Source: Callorhinchus milii (Eukaryota). Taken from it: DNA of 64,000 nucleotides. The translations under genes and the position numbers were made by a program. Location: assembly GCF_018977255.1 (NCBI RefSeq), contig NW_024704742.1, forward strand, positions 86,926,001 to 86,990,000, given 5' to 3'. The stretch's first letter is position 1. Each line of letters opens with the position of its first letter. The notes beneath the pieces were generated by a model. That model saw nothing but the letters and a program-made list of their open reading frames with translations. It did no database searches and was not told the origin of the DNA. This document shows positions 1-12,580 of the stretch, piece after piece.

Positions 1-354
1 ATAGAATGTGTTCAGTTTCACTGACTTTTCATTTAAAGCTCTTACATGGAGTGGTACAACTCAGAAAACAGGGCATTTGGCCCAACTAGCTATGCCAGTA
101 TTTATACTCCACATGAACCCACTTATTCCATATTGGATCATACTCTTTGAGACTTGTTGCCAATATGGAAGGTGCTGTGTAATGTAGATTTTATTGTAAA
201 TCAGCTCTGACACAATGCACATTCTGCATGAAATACTTACAATTACTGGAAAGAGTTCCATTCTGACTCCTTATTAGAGAATTCTGCTAAAATCCAACAC
301 ATATTATATCTATTAAAGACTGACAGCACAAAAATAGGCTTCAATCAGCATTTA

Positions 355-620
355 ATAGAATCATAGAAATTACAGCATATTAGGGAGCCATAATGGCCCA
401 TTTAATTATGCTGGTGTGTTCTAATCCCAATTCCCATTGTGCTTTGATATCACTCCCCTTCAAATGTTTATCCAATATTATGGTCTTAATTTTAAGGGAC
501 ACTAGGAGACGATCGTAATTTAATGAAAATAGTAGCATTCCATGTTCCTGCCTGAAAACAAAAAGTTCTATTCTTCCCCCTTAACTCTTCTAGTGAAGAT
601 CCTGTGCTTTTGGTGTTGAA
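355..620 (-). mobile_element. Old CR1 LINE 3' end
   Basis: atagaatcatagaaattacagca...ggcccat is the reverse complement of a CR1 3' terminus; highly decayed. Confidence 0.5.
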
Positions 621-1283
621 TTATATTTTGAAGATAATATGACCCGATAGTCCTTATTACATGAGAGTACTTAAGAGGCCACCATTTACAAATCATAAAA
701 CATACCCTCAGTGGATGTCTTGTTAGCTGAACAAAGAATACGTAAAGCTAGACGAGTTGGGTTCTATCAATTTACAACGCATAAACAAACAATCAAATGT
801 GGTTTGTGATTATAGGAGGACAAATGATCCAAAATATCACCGTCGGCAAATATCACAGAAAAAACGTAAGCTCTGAAGAATATTACAAAAGAAAAACCTT
901 CAGAAATCAGATACCAGNAAAAATGTAAGAAAGACTTGATATTGGTCAAAATCAAAACCATGCCACCACAAGTTTAGATGCGCAATATCTAGCTTTATTT
1001 TTTTAAAAATAGTTAATACGGAACAGTTAGAACAGCTGCTCCTATCAGGGTCCTAATTCCCCAAACATTCTTGGCAAGTATTCCTCCAGACAATTTAGAG
1101 CAGTTGTTCAAGTGACAGCTATTTTATTGAGCTGGACATTGAAAATTAGAATGAATGACCAAACAGTACTTAAATTTTCATCATTTCACTTCAAATTACT
1201 ATGTACACTATTGCATTTGTATTGGCACGTCAGCCTCCAATCTAAAAAAAGCAAATGACATCTTTCAGGTTTATAATGAGTTT

Positions 1284-1593
1284 GGAGTCCTGTAGCTCAG
1301 TGGTTAGAGCACTCGCTTTGCAAGCGAGAGACCTGAGTTCAATTCCAGGCAGGGCGAAACCTTGGGCAAGTTTCCTTACTCCACACGCCTAATAATAATT
1401 CCTCCAAAAAAAACAATAATAAATTGGTCATTTTCAATCTACGATTGTTTGTGGGACATTGCTGTGCGCAATTGGCTGCCGCGTTCGCCCACAAATATAC
1501 AGTCAATTCACTTTACAGTGTGTTCTGTGAAACGCTTTGGGACGTCCTCCCAACGTGAAAAGCGCTATATCAAATGCAAGGATTATTTTATTA
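1284..1593 (+). mobile_element. Young full-length tRNA-derived SINE (Deu-domain-like body, L2-type tail), short subfamily
   Basis: Head ggagtcctgtagctcagtggttagagc with A box, B box gagttcaattcc, TGC anticodon-like loop. Body gtttgtgggacattgctgtgcgcaattggctgcc. Tail gggacgtcctcccaacgtgaaaagcgct...aggattatt. Near-identical copies at 24044, 35507 and 42608. Confidence 0.9.
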
Positions 1594-2257
1594 TAATGTG
1601 GATAAATGCAAGGCAACACATATTGCAATTGTAAGTAGTAGCAATGTGCACACCACAAAGGGATGCCCATTAGAGGTGGTCAGGGAAAAAGCTCTGAGTT
1701 TGATAAATGAACATTCACAAAAGATTTCCAGTCCCACATGATGCAGTTATCAGGAAAGCTAACCATTAAATGTCAAGAGTAATTGATACAAGACGAAGCC
1801 TAGTCACTTTAACCTTGTTTTGATCACAGCTGAAGCCACAGTTAGAATGCCTTGTGCAATTTGGACACTAACTTCAAGTATAACATTAAGGCCTTGAAAA
1901 GGGTTCAGAAATGAAAAATGAGGAGATAGAGATGAGACTAAAAAAAACTCGCACTGGAACAACTGAATACGTGCAACAGACTCCCAGGAATTGATACTGA
2001 AATGAATCCATCAAAAAGAACTAAAAAATGATCTGTCTGAGAATGGGACTGAAGATTATTGAGACAGATGTATATTACGGTTTGAAAATGCTCCACAGGA
2101 CAAGGCTTCTATGGTCCCACATTACTGGGAGCAAGAAAATATCTATGGAGTTACATTTAAGGGTTGAAGGGAGAAGATAAAGGGATGATATTATGGACAG
2201 TTCACTCAATTTGAAGGTCAGAGATTAGGGAGGATCTACAAAGAATTTTCCTTCAAT

Positions 2258-2750
2258 ACAACAAGATTCCATTTATAGAGCGCCTTTCACGTCAGGAGGA
2301 CGTCCCAAGGCGCTGCACAGTTGGGTCATGACCCGAGCAGGGGGGAAATGGTCAGGGTGAGGGGAGGGAAGGGAGGGAGAGAGGAGGGGGAAATGGTCAG
2401 GGTGAGGGGAGGGAAGGGAGGGAGCGAGGAGGAGGAAGAGAGTCGAGAGGGGAGCTGAAGGCACGGTCAAAGAGAAAGGTTTTGAGACCGGCCTTGAAGG
2501 AGGAAAGGGAGGAAGCAAGGCGAAGGCACTGGGGGATGGAGTTCCAGAGCCTCGGGGCTGAGAGGCTGAAGGCCCGACCACCAATAGTAGGGCCGTTGGG
2601 GCCGGGGACGTGGAGCAGACCGGAGCCAGAGGAACGGAGGGTACGGGCAGGTAGGTAGGGGGAAAGTAGGTTGGAGAGGTAGGAGGGAGCAAGGCCGTGA
2701 ATGGCCTTGTAGGTGAGGATGAGGATCTTGAAATAAGGATCTGTGGAGGA
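2258..2750 (-). mobile_element. L2 LINE 3' fragment
   Basis: ORF2 C-terminus FKILILTYKAIHGLAPSYL...GGRAFSLSAPRLWNSIP...FKAGLKTFLF, followed by the stem-loop tail and (TTG)n. A ~45-bp tandem duplication lies at 2341-2424. Confidence 0.9.
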
Positions 2751-3936
2751 AGTGGGCTTGATGGACTGAGTGGTTTCGCACACCATGCTTTTGTGTACCT
2801 ATATTTTTCTGGCATTACAAATAAAATTAGTTTCCATGTGCTGCAAAACACAATGTAATGAATACGGATGGCCCAATTGTAAAAGTAATCTGCATATTTC
2901 AACCATTCCCCAGTATAGTATTTGACATATAATCAACCAGCTTGTTTCTTTCTATAGTCAAGAAAAGATTGAGATGGCATGTAGCAAAAAATTCTGTAAA
3001 ATTGGTTCTTGGAGCAAAGGAATGTGTAGAAATAGAAAAAAATATACAAAGTGTTTAAAGTTTTCTAACTTGTGTGTATTCATAATGCAATTTTACAATT
3101 GGTCTTCACATCACAAATGATTTGAGAAAGTGGTATCAGAGGGCACCTTCAGATTAAAATCTATTGTCATGTTTATTCAACCTGGAAATTGGGATTTAAG
3201 TCGCTGATAAACGTGAATGGGGTAATCAGATTGACATTGCCAAACTTAAGACCAAAACGGAATGAAAATTAGGAGGGAAGTACGAATAGCACCACAAATA
3301 ATTGAGCAGCGGAGTGGTTATAGAAAGATGAAAATCCCCCCACACTCTGTATTCTCTGATGCATTCAATGTTGATTTTAGCACTGGATTAATTCTTGATG
3401 GCATTTTTGTGAATTGTGTGGTTTCTGCAATAATTCATATCTTTTTAAAACTATGATAACATTTCGATGATTTTCATATCCAACAACATCCCTGTTTCAA
3501 TCCGCTGATAATTTCTTATCAACTTTCTTGAAAAAATTGAGGGATATCAATCCATTGAAGTGGCATGACCTCAATAGGAAATGCCAACACCTCAGTGGAA
3601 TTTGCTGAAGAGGAGACAACCATATTTTTAGATAGTAGTGTTTAGTTGAGATACAGTTTAACTGAGTTCAGATTAACCTGCGTCTGGTGCTAGGGACCAT
3701 TCCCGCTAAATATAATGCTGAGCAAAATTTAATGCAAGAATTTGAATGGACAAGTTATTTGAATGCATGTATGATTTATATGTCAATAATACAAACTATA
3801 CTTTAAGACAGTTTCAATATCTGTTTTAGAAGGTAACAAAAACAATCAAAGCTACTTCACAAGGCAACCTTCGCTTCAATTTTCCGAGTTAAAGATTGCT
3901 ACACATTATGTCGGACCTGAGGAAAATAATCTCTAC

Positions 3937-4067
3937 CTTGGTAAGAAGACACTTTCCACAACATAGAAATCTTGCATAAGCACATCTCGTTCTGGTTTTG
4001 AAGTGAGGTTCCCAACAGCATAACCTATTCCGAGCTGGATAGACCCTTGAAGTGCAGATGACGGTGT
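3937..4067 (-). CDS. PIP5K1B: PIP5K1B second coding exon (131 nt), start of the type I PIP kinase domain
   Basis: Minus strand reads ttttacttttgttccag|ACA CCG TCA ... TTA CCA AG|gtagag. It translates to [43 protein letters not shown](S), matching PIP5K1B (human [44 protein letters not shown], from memory). The GIGY/GNLTSK/SVFLPS residues fit the beta isoform. Canonical AG/GT sites, phase 0 to 2. Confidence 0.95.
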
Positions 4068-4599
4068 CTGGAACAAAAGTAAAAATTTAACACTTTATTT
4101 TATTCATAACTTCGTCTGTGCACATGTACAATCCTCTGGAAAAGAAAAGGTAATTTACAATCAAAAACAGTCACTGAAAGCTCTCTGACAAAATTCCACT
4201 TGAAACTCCAGTTCCGTGACTGATGCAGGAAGAAGATGTCGTCACAACAAGTTATCATGTGGTTTGTACTTGACATTAATCTCCATTGCGAAAACAGAAC
4301 ACAAGCTTCAGGGCAAAACTAATTATCTGCAGAAGGCCATCTGTCAACAATTAACATGTAAAGTTATTCAACATGAGCTTGGAGCATAGTTAAGGCTGTA
4401 ATGTAATCAAAGGATTCCGATGTCATCAGGTCACAAAACACGCAGTTGACTTATTCAACACGAACGCAACTGTGTCTTCTCTTTGATAGATAGAAAACTC
4501 AATGTACTTCAGTCTGAAGCAGCTGTCTGTTATTGGAATGCCATGAGCAGTGCAACACTAAAATTCAATCATTAAGGCTCTATGTTAAGGTGTACATTC

Positions 4600-5100
4600 T
4601 AGTATCTTAGTGACCGATAAAATTGATCATTCTCTTCATAGCTGTTCAAAGACATTGCTGTACACAAATTGGCTGTTGCATTCAACTGAAAAATAGTCAC
4701 CACACTCAGCAGTAAATCCTGTAAAATATTTTGAGATGTCCTCTCAATGTGAAAGGTGCAATATTAACAACTTGCATTTAGATAGTGCCCTTCACATAGG
4801 ACAGGGTGGTCCAACTGGCGGCCCCTGGGTCGATTTCATCCGGCCCTCCCTCCCTCCATTTTCATCTGGCCCACCCGCTCCCTCCGTAAATGTTGTTACT
4901 GTAATGGAAACACAAAAATATTGCTTATGCGGCCCGCGGTCGTTTCTCACAGAGAGCATCCGGCCCTTCGCAGCCAAAAGGTTGGACCACCCTAACATAC
5001 AACAACAACTTGCATTTATATAGCACTTTTCACTTGGGGTAGCAACCTGGAGCACTTAGGATATGGTCGGAGCACCGTAAATACAAGATTATTATTATTA
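4600..5100 (+). mobile_element. Deu-type SINE 3' part hosting nested insertions (4765-5077)
   Basis: Body gacattgctgtacacaaattggctg; tail gtgaaaggtgcaatat resumes as aaatacaagattattattatt after 5077. Confidence 0.7.
4802..4994. mobile_element. hAT (Charlie-type) non-autonomous DNA transposon / MITE
   Basis: TIRs cagggtggtccaac / gttggaccaccct(a), internal (t/g)ccggccc motifs, and an 8-bp TSD acatagga with central TA. The right TSD copy is split by a later L2 tail. Confidence 0.85.
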
Positions 5101-5484
5101 CTTCACAAGTAGAGCAACATTTGAATCAATTATCAGTCATATGATGAGACTGTGTGCAAGCATTCAACGCACAAGAGTAAATTACCATGGTAATGATGGA
5201 CGAGGAGCAACACAGTTTATAGCCAGACAAATGGTATCCAGAACTCAAACTCAGCAATTAAGCCGAGTCAGGTGATTGCTTGAGCCTATGCTTTAATATT
5301 TCAAAATGACGTATGAGACATACGTGAAAGATGAGGTAATAATTACCTAAAATGATCACTTAGCGATCCACAAAATACTTTTATACATTGAAAACGTCAG
5401 GAAAATAAATGTACTTGTGAAGCTTTATTACCAAAGCAGCATAAAACTTGAGCAAGATTAAAGGTACATCATTGTCCATTGACT

Positions 5485-6185
5485 AATAACAACAACAACT
5501 TGCAGTTATATAGCTCTCCTCACGCAGGGTAGCATCCCAGAGCGCTCGACAGTGGTGAAGCACGAAACTGAGCCAGGGGTAGGAGAGAGGTGAGTGTAAG
5601 CACGGTCGAAGAGGAAGTTCTTCAGGCGCAATCTGAAGATGGAGAAGGAAAGGACAAGGCAGAGTATTCCACCGTTCTGGGGGTGGTGGCTGAAAGAGCA
5701 GCCACTGATGGTGGTCGAACAGAGGACACGAGGGACATGCACGAGGGGAGGCAGCTGGTGGTGGGTTGGGGAGTAAGCAGGTTGGAGAAGTAGGGAGGTG
5801 CCAAGGCATGAAGGGATTTGAAAACAAGTGTGAGCATCTTGAAATCAATCCAGTGGAGCACAGTCAAAGAGAAAGGTCTTGAGACGGGCCTTGGAAGAAG
5901 GCAAGGGAAGGGGCGAGGCAAAGGGACTCCGAGTTGGAGTTCCAGGGGGTGGGAGCAGGAAGGCCAAAGCCTGACCGCAAATCATAGAGTGGGCAGGGCA
6001 GGGGAATATGAAGTGGGCTAGTACCTGCCAAGTGGACGAGATGGGTTGGTAAGGTTTTAGCAGGTTGTAGAGGAAGAATGGGACAAGACCGTATAGGGAT
6101 TTAAAAGTGAGGATGACACTCTTGAAACTCAATCCTCTGGGGAATGGGAGGCTAGGGGACCTGAGCGAGGATGAGGGTTACCCAG
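5485..6185 (-). mobile_element. Two adjacent L2 3' fragments (junction near 5858)
   Basis: LHWIDFKMLTLVFKSLHALAPPY and FKSVILTFKSLYGL...KARLKTFLFD motifs; tail ending (TTG)n at 5485. Confidence 0.8.
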
Positions 6186-6697
6186 GATTATCCTGTTAAT
6201 CTGGGCAAAATGCCACGCTGGTCGCTGCTGAATGTATTCACCCATTCCTTCTGTGTCACAAGCTAAAGCAGATTCCTCTGTTCTTATGCATATTTCGTGG
6301 GCAAAATGCAGCAGCCAATTGCACAGGGCAGTGTCTCAGAGTCATGGATTGGGTGACCAAATTATTATTTAAAATTTTTTTTTAAAAGGATAATCGAGAA
6401 GGTAAGGTCATTGTGGGAGGTGAACCAGAGGGGTAAGAGTTCGAATGATTCTAGGACACCGGAGAGTGAGTGGGGAGCGATTTTTTTTCCAGGGTCGGTA
6501 GGAAATAGAAGTAGATTGGATAACAGGGAGAGGGATGGAGGAGTTGAGGGAGATAAAGAATGGTACGAGAGGCTTTATCAGTGACGGCGATATCAGAGAC
6601 AGTGAGGCCCCGGATAATCACCGTGTCAAGGGTTCATTACCAAATATCAGTGACAATGCCGATTGCTATTTACAAAGGGCAATAGCAACAAAAAATT

Positions 6698-6892
6698 TTT
6701 TGGTCAGCCGGGTGTCTTGACAGATGTGGGAACCCATCACTGTGCTTAATACTATACAAACCAAACTGAGAATTCCAAGCATCCCACCTACACATGGAAA
6801 TTCCAGAGATAGATTGTTGGAATGGAATGCGAACGCTCTTCCTGGAGGGATACATCGAAGTGATAGCAATGAAGAAATGCTCTGCCGGGCAT
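6698..6892 (+). repeat. Unclassified interspersed repeat family A
   Basis: ggtcagccgggtgtc...aaactgagaattcca.gcatcccacct.cacatggaaa...gttggaatggaatg...ctggaggga recurs at 9966-10100 (-), 60180-60327 (-) and 62961-63092 (+). Confidence 0.75.
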
Positions 6893-6981
6893 GGCCCAAT
6901 CTGTTTTTATGGCTGAAATGAATTTCAATGTCTTAGATGAAGAAGTGAAACAGAGTATAAACATTTGCCATCAATATTTAC

Positions 6982-7071
6982 CTTCTTGTAAGTCTTCTCC
7001 CGAGAGTTGCCTTCCCCATTGTGCCCATTTTGCTTAACAGCGGTGTTCCGGTTTTCTGTAGTGGATGTCAT
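6982..7071 (-). CDS. PIP5K1B: PIP5K1B initiator coding exon (90 nt, 30 aa)
   Basis: Minus strand reads gttgttttctag|ATG ACA TCC ... TAC AAG AAG|gtaaat, giving MTSTTENRNTAVKQNGHNGEGNSREKTYKK. It ends in the conserved KTYKK and joins the 4067 exon in phase 0. Confidence 0.92.
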
Positions 7072-7424
7072 CTAGAAAACAACATGCACTTTTGTTTTAT
7101 AAAGAGCAAAGTTATTTAAAAATGTGTTTTCTAGATTTCAGTTAACTCACAAATCGCTGACTTTCAGGAATATAGTTAAAGAGTTACATAGAGCAATAAG
7201 ACACACATTTGGCCTAACTGTGGGTTTATACTCCACACAACCCTTCACCCCTCCTATTGCTTGCTATTCCTTCAGATAAACATGTTAAACTAGTTGTGAG
7301 TGTGAAAATGAACTATTTTTGTAATGACCATATAAACAGTTGTAGGAGGTCTCTTCTCAAAGGGACCGTGTGTTGTTCAGGAAAACCGAGGGAGTGAGAT
7401 GAGAGTTTAATAGCTTATCTCCAT

Positions 7425-7791
7425 TAATAATAATAATGCTTGCATTTTTTGATAATACCACTTTATCACGTCTTTGAGACATCTCAAAATGCTTCATAGA
7501 ATATACTGTAAACTGAATTGACTGTATATTTTGTGGGTGAAACGTGGCAGCCAATTGCATACAGCAGGTCCCACAAACAGTCGTGAATTGAGTAATCAAA
7601 TTGTTTTAAAAAAAGGAATTATTACCCCCGGAAAAGCGATCTGCCAATTGTCTACAAACTGGGTTCCTACTTATTGCTAGGTAAACAGAGGTGTGTGGAG
7701 TAAGGAAACTTTCTCAACGTTTCACCCTGCCAGGAATCGAATCCAGGTACTTCGCGAGGCGAGTGCTCCTATCACTGAGCTACAGGACTTC
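7425..7791 (-). mobile_element. tRNA-SINE, older long subfamily
   Basis: Same head and tail layout as the young SINE, plus an internal gtttacctagcaataagtaggaaccc segment. Confidence 0.85.
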
Positions 7792-9618
7792 ACTGCAGGA
7801 TGTTGGGGTCTGTCACATGCCTGGTTCTTTATTACACCTTTATCTCTCTTACAGGACATAACAGGATATAACAAGCATGACGCCAGTATCTTGCATGTTC
7901 TATTGGACATTTGCTATAAAAATATTGATTTGGTGGTTACAAGCTAGTGAAACTAGCTTCCTGAAAACACTCTTTATCTTCTGTTTCCAAAGGATATGCC
8001 GGGGTTAATTTGCAGAATTGTTTGCTCAATTTCTGGGCTGCGTAGATTCAGACCGTGCACGAATGATGTCTGCTTCAAGTGTAATCAAGGGTCATATTTG
8101 AACAACAATATAAATTTGAAAATGGAGTCTCTGAATCATCAACCTTCCCTTTCTCAGTTCACTCAACAACAAATTACATTTATCGTGCCTTTTAGTCAGG
8201 AGGATGTCCCAAGGCTCTGGGATCAGCACACATACACTGAAGTTTCATCCACAAATGCTTGGCTCTAAGCAGCTGTCATAAGCCAAGGTGTATGGATGAA
8301 GAAGGCCCTCCAATACATTTGATCTAATCCTTCCAAATTACCCACTGAATTGGCTTCCTAAAATGACAATCAATAGCCACCAAATGTAGAGCCACAACCT
8401 TTCCAATGAAGACAGATAAAACACGCACTAATGCCCAGGAGCAAAGGCTATCATTTAGCTCCCCAGTTCAGCTCAACAATTCACCAACTGGTGCAAAACC
8501 ATCCGCCGAAGTCAACTATACTAATTGCACTTGCCTTCTCTTTCCAAATGCTCTTTCAATTTCTTCCTCCTCAAATGTGTATCCAATTCACTTTAAATAT
8601 TACACTGTCACCCTCAATAATCACTTGGACACAGCATGTAGCTTAACGTGACAGAGACAGTGAGAAATCACACGAATAAACATTTGAAACTGCATCTGTT
8701 GCTGTTAACTTGTGCTGTGGAAATGTTCCTCTCGCACACATCTTAAAACACTCATGCTTAGAATTGCTTTAAATGTCAATTTAGGCGCAGATGCAAATCA
8801 TGAGAACAAAATCCTGCCGAAGGCTTTCAAGCTCCTCACAGATTCTTCAAAGCAGACTTAGTTATACAAACAACTACATCTCTCTGTGAAAGAGAGCAAG
8901 CCAGAAGGGAAACATGTTCCACAAGAAAACTATCTTAAGGATCCACGATATTTTCAAAAAAAGACTGCCTACTTCTGCTTGTTAATAAGTACCATGGTTT
9001 TCAAACAGATTCCCTGGCACTAATTTTACTGCCAGCTACTCCACCTTCATCTTTTAATGTAATTGTAGACAGTTTAAGTGTCCAACAAGCCTCTGGTGCT
9101 CAGTCACCCAATGGGTCGGGCTTACTGAAATCCCTTTACTGAATTATTCATTACATTTGAAAGCTGTGTTTGTTTGCTCAGTGTATAATAAGGAAACCAA
9201 TTGTTAAACCACACAATTTATAATGGCTGAGCAAAGTGTTGTATTGTCCTGAGCAATGAAAACCAGCAGCAACAAATTGGGTAATCCCAAAGCACTCAGT
9301 TCATCTTTTATATATCTATTGAGCTGAACCATTGACTTGCATGGAACTGGAGCATCCTAGTGCTATATGTAGGAACATTGGCAAGAGGCAATGAGTTGGG
9401 TTACAATTATTATCCTCTGAGGAGAGGTGGGGGGGAGAGGGAGATGGAAGAAGAAAGGAGAAAGAGATGGTAAGCTGGGTCTTCTTGGAGCTGAGCTGGC
9501 TCCAAGGTGACTTGCTTTACAAAAGTATGTAGTAATCAGTGAATTGAATTAACCTCTATGACGGGGCTTGTTTATCCTCATTCCTGAAAACTCATGTGTC
9601 CATCATATTACAAGACAT

Positions 9619-9790
9619 TGCTGATGATAGGCAAGCCAGCCTGGTTCACTGACAGAACGCGGAGAGACAGACTGGTCACCGGGAGCAACGATTCTTCCAC
9701 CTCAGCTCCTGTTAACCCCTACAAGTCAAAGCCACAAGGGGATGGGTAGTCTTAGCTGGACAAGCTGCAAGAAACTTGCTAGACAGTCTC
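9619..9790 (+). repeat. Unclassified interspersed repeat family B
   Basis: gctgat...cagcctggttcactgacag...cctgttaacc...caagtcaaagcc...gctggacaagc recurs at ~29420-29560 (+), ~51784-51853 (-) and ~59970-60052 (+). Confidence 0.65.
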
Positions 9791-10314
9791 TCAGTGACAA
9801 GTTGTGTGGTTTCATCTGTGTAAACTCTAGCAGTACTCATCACACACACGCTACCAAAATCAATCCCACTCCCCCACTCTTTCCCCACAGCCCTGCAAAC
9901 TTAACAGTTGTTTTCTGAGGCCTTGGCTCCAGTCAATCTATATCTAATGCTCTTCAGAATTCAATAAGCAGAGTGCATTCCTCCAAGGAGAGAGTGCACA
10001 TTCCATTATAGACACTGGGACATTTCCATGCGTAGATACAATACATAGTGAAACTCTGTCTGGTGTGGATGCTCTTAAGGAATGGTATCAGACATCCAGC
10101 TATCATAAAAAGGGATATTTTCTGATTAATAAGAAGTAACAAATGGTTTTCAAGGATCAGTGTTGGGGCTCCAGCCTTTCACTCATATCTGTTCGGCGTG
10201 GCGTGCGCTATATAAATCCAAGTTGTTGCTGTTGTTGTATATCAATGACCTGGATGTGGGAATGGAGGAGAGGTCAGTGAATGTGGGAAAGAGAATGTTT
10301 ATCTACATTTCCAG

Positions 10315-10617
10315 GGACGAAGAGAAGAGTCTTGAGACAGGTCTTGAATGAGGCAAAGGGGCGAGGCCGAGGGATTGTGGGATAGAGTTCCAGAGGGTGG
10401 GGGCAGAGAGGCTGAAGGCTCACTTGCCATGATGGAGCTGGCGAGGCGGGGGATGTGAAGCAGGCTGGAGCCTGCTGAGCGGAGGTTGGTAGGAGGTTAG
10501 GAGGTCACGGAGGTAGGGAGGAGCAAGGCCATGGACAGCTTTGAAGGTGAGGACCAGGATCTTGAACACCTCTGTGTGATGGGGAGCCAGTGGAGCTGGG
10601 TGAGGATGGGGTGATAG
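10315..10617 (-). mobile_element. L2 ORF2 3' fragment
   Basis: Same purine-rich antisense L2 pattern as 2258-2750 (gagttccagag, gaggctgaaggc, aggatcttgaa). Confidence 0.8.
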
Positions 10618-12300
10618 CTACAGGACTCTAAGTAGAAGCAGGAAGTAAAAGAAGCCTGGGAAGAGAACCTGGGGTGAGTTTTACGATTGGGAGTGTTTTG
10701 AGCTAAGAATAAAGGAGTTACTTAATACACAGTTGTGGATTAAGTATTATTACACTGGCTGCTGTAGAATCCAACATTCTAAACCTTATGCAAATGTCGG
10801 TCCATAGTCCAAGCATCAAAGGAACCATAATGATCTAGAACATTGCCAATGTCAATTGCACCTGCTGTATATCCTTCAGCCCGGTTGATAACCACATATG
10901 TTTAGCTTCCTTTTAAAATGAATTAAACCAGCATAGCAGTGCCTGCTTTTGATCAAAGTCGCTTCTGCATATCTATTGCACCATGTGTCTCTGTACCTTG
11001 AGGGTGGGAAGTAACAGCTCTTCTTACATCTTGTCTAGACAAGGCTTACTAATGTGGTACCTCTATCCTCCAGTCCTGTGATCATGCTAATATGTTAACG
11101 TTAAGAATAATGTTAAAATACCAGCTTAAATCAGTTTACATCTTCATCGAAACACTGAAAAGTACAAATGAAGACACAGACCAGTCTCATTTTCTCCAAA
11201 GGAGAACACCCTCAAGTCTTTGAGCTTTGTAGAATTTGAGAGAAGGGGAAAGAGGGGAGAGAAGGAAATCAATCTAGAGTTAATAAATTGAGCTACATTA
11301 TTCCATTCATATCCTGCAATCAACCATGACATGAGTCCCTCAGAAAATTAGGCTAAGGCATGTTGCTGGTTAGGATGCAACTGAACATTTGCGTCATAGC
11401 AACATTGGTATAATCAGTTTGAGTGTGTGAAGGCATGGAGTGATAAAGCAGAAGAATTAACAAGCGCATAAGGCCACAAAGGTGAGAATAAATAGTTTTT
11501 TTGAAGACTATTTATATAATATTGTACTCATGCAGCTTCCTGCTCAATGGATTTAGATTCATCTCAAAACCTTCAGAGCATCCTAAAACAAGTGTTGTGA
11601 GTCAAATGACCAACATTTAAATCTCACCAGTGTGTTCTTTTAAAGCAATATTATCACTTTAAGCATTTCCTCAGTTTTAGACTGAGTATTGCATAATAAT
11701 GGGTTAGTTTCTGCAACACATATTCCCTGTTGACCAAAATTGAACATAGTATCCTTCAGGCTGTGAAGAGCAATAATAATAATTGTTGCATTTGATATAG
11801 CACCTTATCATGTCCTTGAATCGCCTCAAAGCGCTTCCTTCTTAGCAACAGGTGAAGCTACTATCAGGCTCTTTTACGTGGTTTCTTTTATCAGCAGCTT
11901 TTACAGCTTCCCTGATGATCTATTACATCCGTGGCATTTTTGTTAAAGGTAAATCACCATAAAGAACGTACGATACAATACAAATTTACACAGCACCTTT
12001 CACTTCAGGAGGACGATCCAAAGAGCTTAACAATCCTGTTGCGCCTGAATGTTCCTTCATCCAAGAACAACTGTAACCAGCTCAACAGACAACACGTACA
12101 TACTTTTAACCATTACGCAGATTAAATTCAAGGATACCAGCTGGTTGTACAAACAGAAATATCACAACATGAAAGGGATTATATCTATTTTTCTCCCTAA
12201 TTTGTTTTGCTCCAAGAAACCATCAAGAATCTTTCTGAAAAAAGATTCAAATTTACAATAGACAACTTGAGAGACAGTATCAAAATCAGCCAGACAACAG

Positions 12301-12580
12301 AATAATAATAAAAATCCTTGCTTCTGATATTTAATTGAAACATCTCAAAGCGCTTCACAGGATTTTATGGTGAAGTGCAGTGAAATGCAGATAAACATGG
12401 CTGACAAGTTGCATACAGCAATATCCCACGAACAACCATGAAGTGAATGACCCATTTTATTTGTTGACCAGGAAACCAGGAGAAACTCCCTTCTCTTAAT
12501 ACCTTTGGAACTTTAACGTCCACCTGAACAGGCAGACAGGGCCTCGGTTTAATGTCTCATCCGAAGGACGGCACCTCCAA
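12301..12580 (-). mobile_element. DeuSINE (SacSINE1/AmnSINE-like) partial copy
   Basis: Deu core on the minus strand: gccgtccttcggatgagacattaaaccgaggccctgtctgcctgttcaggtggacgttaaag. Confidence 0.8.

Noticed and set aside
918..918. Single ambiguous base n
   Set aside because: Sequencing or assembly ambiguity, not biology.
1284..1358. tRNA-like sequences with A and B boxes
   Set aside because: They are SINE heads: the acceptor stem does not pair and the sequence continues into the SINE body.
1362..1634. Recurring peptide MGKFPYS...WDIAVRNWLPRSPTNIQ (also at 24043, 35590, 49845), which looks like a gene family
   Set aside because: Translation of the non-coding SINE body from a TTG start.
2273..2902. 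Longest ORF in the track (209 aa, Pro/Ser-rich) and similar ORFs at 33308-33880, 43606-44166 and 52358-52801
   Set aside because: Alternative-frame or antisense read-throughs of L2/CR1 fragments, not genes.
1..3936. Next PIP5K1B exon (expected EGSNLTPAHH...PDDYL)
   Set aside because: Not found by eye; presumably left of the window.
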